Shown here: positions 60,440 to 64,000 of the stretch, in pieces
Position numbering within the stretch: position 1 is the first letter of the stretch
Layout: each line of letters starts with the position of its first letter
Assembly (NCBI RefSeq): GCF_902713615.1
Contig: NC_052157.1
Location: 140,779,171 to 140,843,170 of the forward strand
Reading direction: 5' to 3'
DNA: 64,000 nucleotides
Source: Scyliorhinus canicula
Lineage: Eukaryota
Notes under the pieces: generated by a model
Seen by the model: the letters and a program-made list of their open reading frames with translations, nothing else
Told to the model about the DNA's origin: nothing
Databases searched by the model: none
Translations under genes and position numbers: made by a program

Positions 60440-61520
60440 TAGACTTCTGCTCCAGAATTAGCTGTGCCACTAGCTGAGCTGTTCCAGAACAGCTACATCA
60501 CAGGCATCCACCCAACAATGTGTGAAAAATTATCCAGTTATATCCTGCCCGCAAAAAGGCAGGACAAATCAAACCTGGCCATATACCGCCTCATCAGCCT
60601 CCTCTCGTCTCCATTATCAGCAAAGTGATGGAAGGTGTTGTCGAAGTTTGGCTGTCAAGTCGCAATTATACGTCAATAACCTTCTCACTGACGCTCAGTT
60701 TAGGCTCTGCCAGAGTCACTCGGCTCATTACAGCCTTGCTCCCAACATGGACAAAAGAGCTGAATGCCAGATATGAGGTGAGAGTGATTGTCCTTGACAT
60801 CAAAGCCGCATTTCACTGAGTTTGACATCAAGGAGCCCTGGCAAAGTTGAAGTCAATAGGAACTGGGGAAAACTCTCCACTGGTTGGAATCATACCTAGC
60901 ACAAAGGAAGATGGATGTGGTTGTTGGAGATCAATCATCTTCATTCTGGAGTTCCTCAGGGTAGTAGCCCCAGCCCACCCTCTTCAGCTGCATCATCAAT
61001 AACCTTCCCTTCATCATAAGGTCAGACATTCACTGATGATTGCACAATGTTCAGCACCGTTTGTCATTACTCAGATACTGAAGCAGTCTGTTCCCATGTG
61101 CAGCCAGACTTGATCAACATATAGACTTAGGTTGATAAGTAACAAGTGACATTGGCACCACAAAGAGATTCAGTGGCATTACAATTGTTTAATTTCCCAC
61201 TTTTGACATCCTGAGTGTGACCAGAAATTGATCTGGACTACAGTATAAATAGTGTGGCTACAAGAGCGGGTCAAAGGCTGGCTATTCTGGGGGGCATAAT
61301 TCACGTCCTGACTCGCCAAAGCTTGCCCACTATCTAAAAGGACAAATCAGGAGTGTGATGAAATACTCTCCACCTGCCTGGATGAATGCAGCCCCAACCA
61401 CACTCAAAATGTTCGACGCCATTCAAGCCACCTGACACCCCATCCATCAGGTTAAACATTTACCCTCTCCATTAGGGACGGGCAATAAAGGCCGGCCAAA
61501 CCAGCGGCGCCACAATTTGG
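60440..61520 (+). repeat. Decayed CR1-group LINE RT fragment (others at about 16930-17385, 18770-19130, 20420-21650, 27540-27690, 28750-29375, 34200-35060, 59090-59350)
   Basis: LDIKAAF, GVPQG, DD motifs with stops and frameshifts. Confidence 0.6.
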
Positions 61521-61803
61521 AAAAGAATAAATAAAAACAACCAAGTAGATGTTTTTCCTTTTGAAGATGTTCTGATTGATTTGAGTTATCAAAATAACAA
61601 CATTTTTTTGTCCTGTCACAAAAATCTAGACTTTCATAGTACTCTACGTGGCAGAAATCTTATTCTGTATTCACCTCGAGAGACAGTTTGTATTCTACAA
61701 TGCAAATGTGATAACGTACAATTTTGGCTGTTGTGCTTACTATTTCCTAAATTGACTCTTCTTGTGACATGTATGCAAAGTAATGCTATTCTTCCTTATC
61801 CAG

Positions 61804-62082
61804 GTGTAGGTATCGCTATTAATGGTATCACGACTAACTACGGAATCATCATGAATCTCTCGGATTCTCTTACGTTAAAGTGCACAGCAGTCAACAACAC
61901 CCAGGATGAAGAGTTAGTTTGGATTCGTGACGACAGAGTAATTAACTTGAAGTCCCTGAATCGGATCAATGTTAGCACTGTCTGTGTTGACCCAATTACA
62001 GTAAATGACGATGAAGTTACTTTCAGCTGCCGTTTAAATAAAGATTCTAACATTAATACAACTGTGCAATTGGACATCAAGT
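61804..62082 (+). CDS. TMIGD1: TMIGD1 first Ig-like domain exon (gene continues beyond the window)
   Basis: Phase 1-1 exon of 279 nt; LKCTAVNNTQDEELVWIRDDRVINLKSLNRINVSTVCV...FSCRL resembles TMIGD1 Ig1 (LICAVQNHTREEELLWYRE...NKINSSSVCV...FTCRL). TMIGD1 and CRYBA1 are both on human 17q11.2. Confidence 0.88.
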
Positions 62083-62607
62083 GTGAGTAACCTACCGATC
62101 TTGGCTGAAAAGACCAAATTGTTAAGAGGAACCTAGGAGAGAAAGGGATAAGCCTAATGAAGAAATTGAAAAGTTTCTAATTTTCATCCGGTCACAGTAT
62201 TAATTAGTAGCAAATGAATGCCAAAATGAAGTATGCCATTAAAGAGCATGCAGCAAGGAAACAATTTGGAGTTGACTAAACGTTGATACAGGCAGTGCTG
62301 TTGGATTATGTGACAGCAGTTGTTAGCGTAAGGAGGCAGTGGCATAGTGGTATTGCCCCTGAATTAGTAATCCAGGCACCCAGCTTTGGGGACCTGGCTT
62401 CAAATCCCATCACGGCGGATGGTGAAATTTGAATTCAATAAAAATCTGGAATTTAAAAAGTCTAATTGTTGATTGTCATAAAAACCCATCTGGTTCACTA
62501 ATGTCCTTTAGTGGAAAGAAATCTTCCATCCTTACCTAGCCTGGCCAACATGTGACTCCAAACCCACAGCAATGTGGTTAACTCTTAACTGCCCTCAGAA
62601 ATGGCTA

Positions 62608-62785
62608 CTCAGTTTAGCTCACCAGGCTAAATCGCTGGCTTTTAAAGCAGACCAAGCAGGCCAGCAGCACGGTTCGATTCCCGTACCAGCCTCCCCGGAC
62701 AGGCGCCGGAATGTGGCGACTAGGGGCTTTTCACAGTAACTTCATTGAAGCCTACTCGTGACAATAAGCGATTTTCATTTTCATA
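62608..62785 (+). mobile_element. Second tRNA-derived SINE family (minus-strand copies at about 29395-29580, 30810-30975, 50545-50680)
   Basis: B box GGTTCGATTCC; shared GGCGACTAGGGGCTTTTCACAGTAACTTCATTG..GTGACAATAA. Confidence 0.75.
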
Positions 62786-62840
62786 ATGCCAGTGCTTCCA
62801 CATCCCATAAACCAATAAAGAAAAAAAATCCAATGGCATG

Positions 62841-63047
62841 TGTTGCAACTCACAAGGGTCTCTTATAGGGTGGGAATGATTAATGACCCTGTGGACCTTA
62901 CAGAATACAAGTTCCCCGATAACGGGGATATGGCTATGTATAAATAGAGTAGGGAACTACTGGAGATGTATATAATAGTTGTTGTAAAATAAAGTAAGTT
63001 TGCGTTTCTACAAACTCGATGTGGACTCTTCGTGGTCTTTATCAAAT
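62841..63047 (+). mobile_element. Short solo LTR
   Basis: TGTT start, TATAAATAGAG, AATAAA, flanked by CATG duplication. Confidence 0.55.
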
Positions 63048-64000
63048 CATGATAAATCAGTAAACCAATAGATTGAAAATTCAATGAAACAATCATGATA
63101 TCACGTACGCAATAGCGAGATTAGACTGGAGGACACTTTTGGTATTTACTATTAAAAACTGAGATTGGCAAGGTACAAAAATAGCCAACAGGAATGAGAT
63201 CTGGTCTTAGCTGTGATCGATAAGTAGTTGAGTAAAATTTACTTTCATTGAAAAGAGAACTGGGGGAAAGGGAGAAGATATAACCTAAAGGTTTCTCTAG
63301 ATGTGAGTAAAATTGTTAGGCAGAATAGCGAGAGAATATTTTCTCAAACCATTAGAAAAAGTAACAGCTTGGGGACTAATAGGTGAAGGTAAGGATATTT
63401 TGAGCTAATCATACGTTATGCAACAACAAACCATGAGTGGAAATTAGTTCTAAATCCGATAGATTTTGACTAGAGGTTTTGGAGGAGATAACACGTTTTG
63501 GTCATGGCAGTACTTCACGGCCCCAGGGGCCTACCTAGGGTTCAATCTACATTGCAGGTACGGTGGGAAGCAAATGTCTGTGATAGGTACAGTGTGATGG
63601 TGCCAGCTCTCCCAATTTGGGACATCCTAATAGGTCCGTGCAGCCGTCTAGGACCTTTGAGCCTCCTCAACAATTAACTCAGAGTGACCAAATGAATTGC
63701 CCTGAAATTAAATTCTGTTTTAAAATAGCTTATGAAGTTGCTCATCCTGAAATCAATTGTGCAGGCTAGTTTCACCTTTTAAAAATTGCCCCACATTGGT
63801 GTTGATGCTTTGCTGGTTTGAGATGGTAAAGAGAGAGGGCCACCAATTTTTTTGTCACTGGCAATGATGCCAGAAGTGTTTATGGATATTCTTCGCCTTG
63901 ATATTGTACGGGCACAAATGACAGGAAATACTTTGGATTATATGTTCCCCTTATTTACATGTCACTAAATTACAACCACCAAAATTCCAGAATTAGTGTA

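Noticed and set aside
61581-61803. N-terminal part of ORF 61581..62090
   Set aside because: Intronic read-through. The true exon starts at the CAG acceptor (61804), and the leader is encoded at 56601-56679.
1-64000. CRISPR arrays, rRNA, prokaryotic operons
   Set aside because: No regularly spaced direct repeats or rRNA-like sequence were seen; the DNA is eukaryotic and intron-containing.

Overview
Vertebrate genomic DNA, almost certainly from a cartilaginous fish (dense HE1/V-SINE-type SINEs plus CR1, L1, Penelope and Harbinger repeats). Three host genes can be assembled from splice signals. (1) A complete beta-A1 crystallin gene, CRYBA1 (+, about 5850-11240, 194 aa). (2) A 4-exon gene on the minus strand (26585 to 11583, 253 aa), tail-to-tail with CRYBA1, encoding an uncharacterised class I SAM-dependent methyltransferase-like protein that the ORF track shows only in fragments. 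(3) The first two coding exons of TMIGD1 (+, 56601-62082; the gene runs off the window). The middle of the window is a nest of transposons. A decayed Harbinger element is followed by a decayed L1-clade LINE that hosts three related Gypsy LTR retrotransposons (one inside another) and a hAT MITE. The three Gypsy elements share two unusual features: a YLDN (not YxDD) RT active site, and no tRNA PBS. In place of the PBS is a co-varying antisense copy of the LTR's own poly(A)-signal region, which suggests self-priming and/or 5' poly(A) occlusion. A Penelope-type palindrome carries two minimal hammerhead ribozyme motifs. All calls were made by eye; repeat boundaries without TSD/TIR support are approximate.
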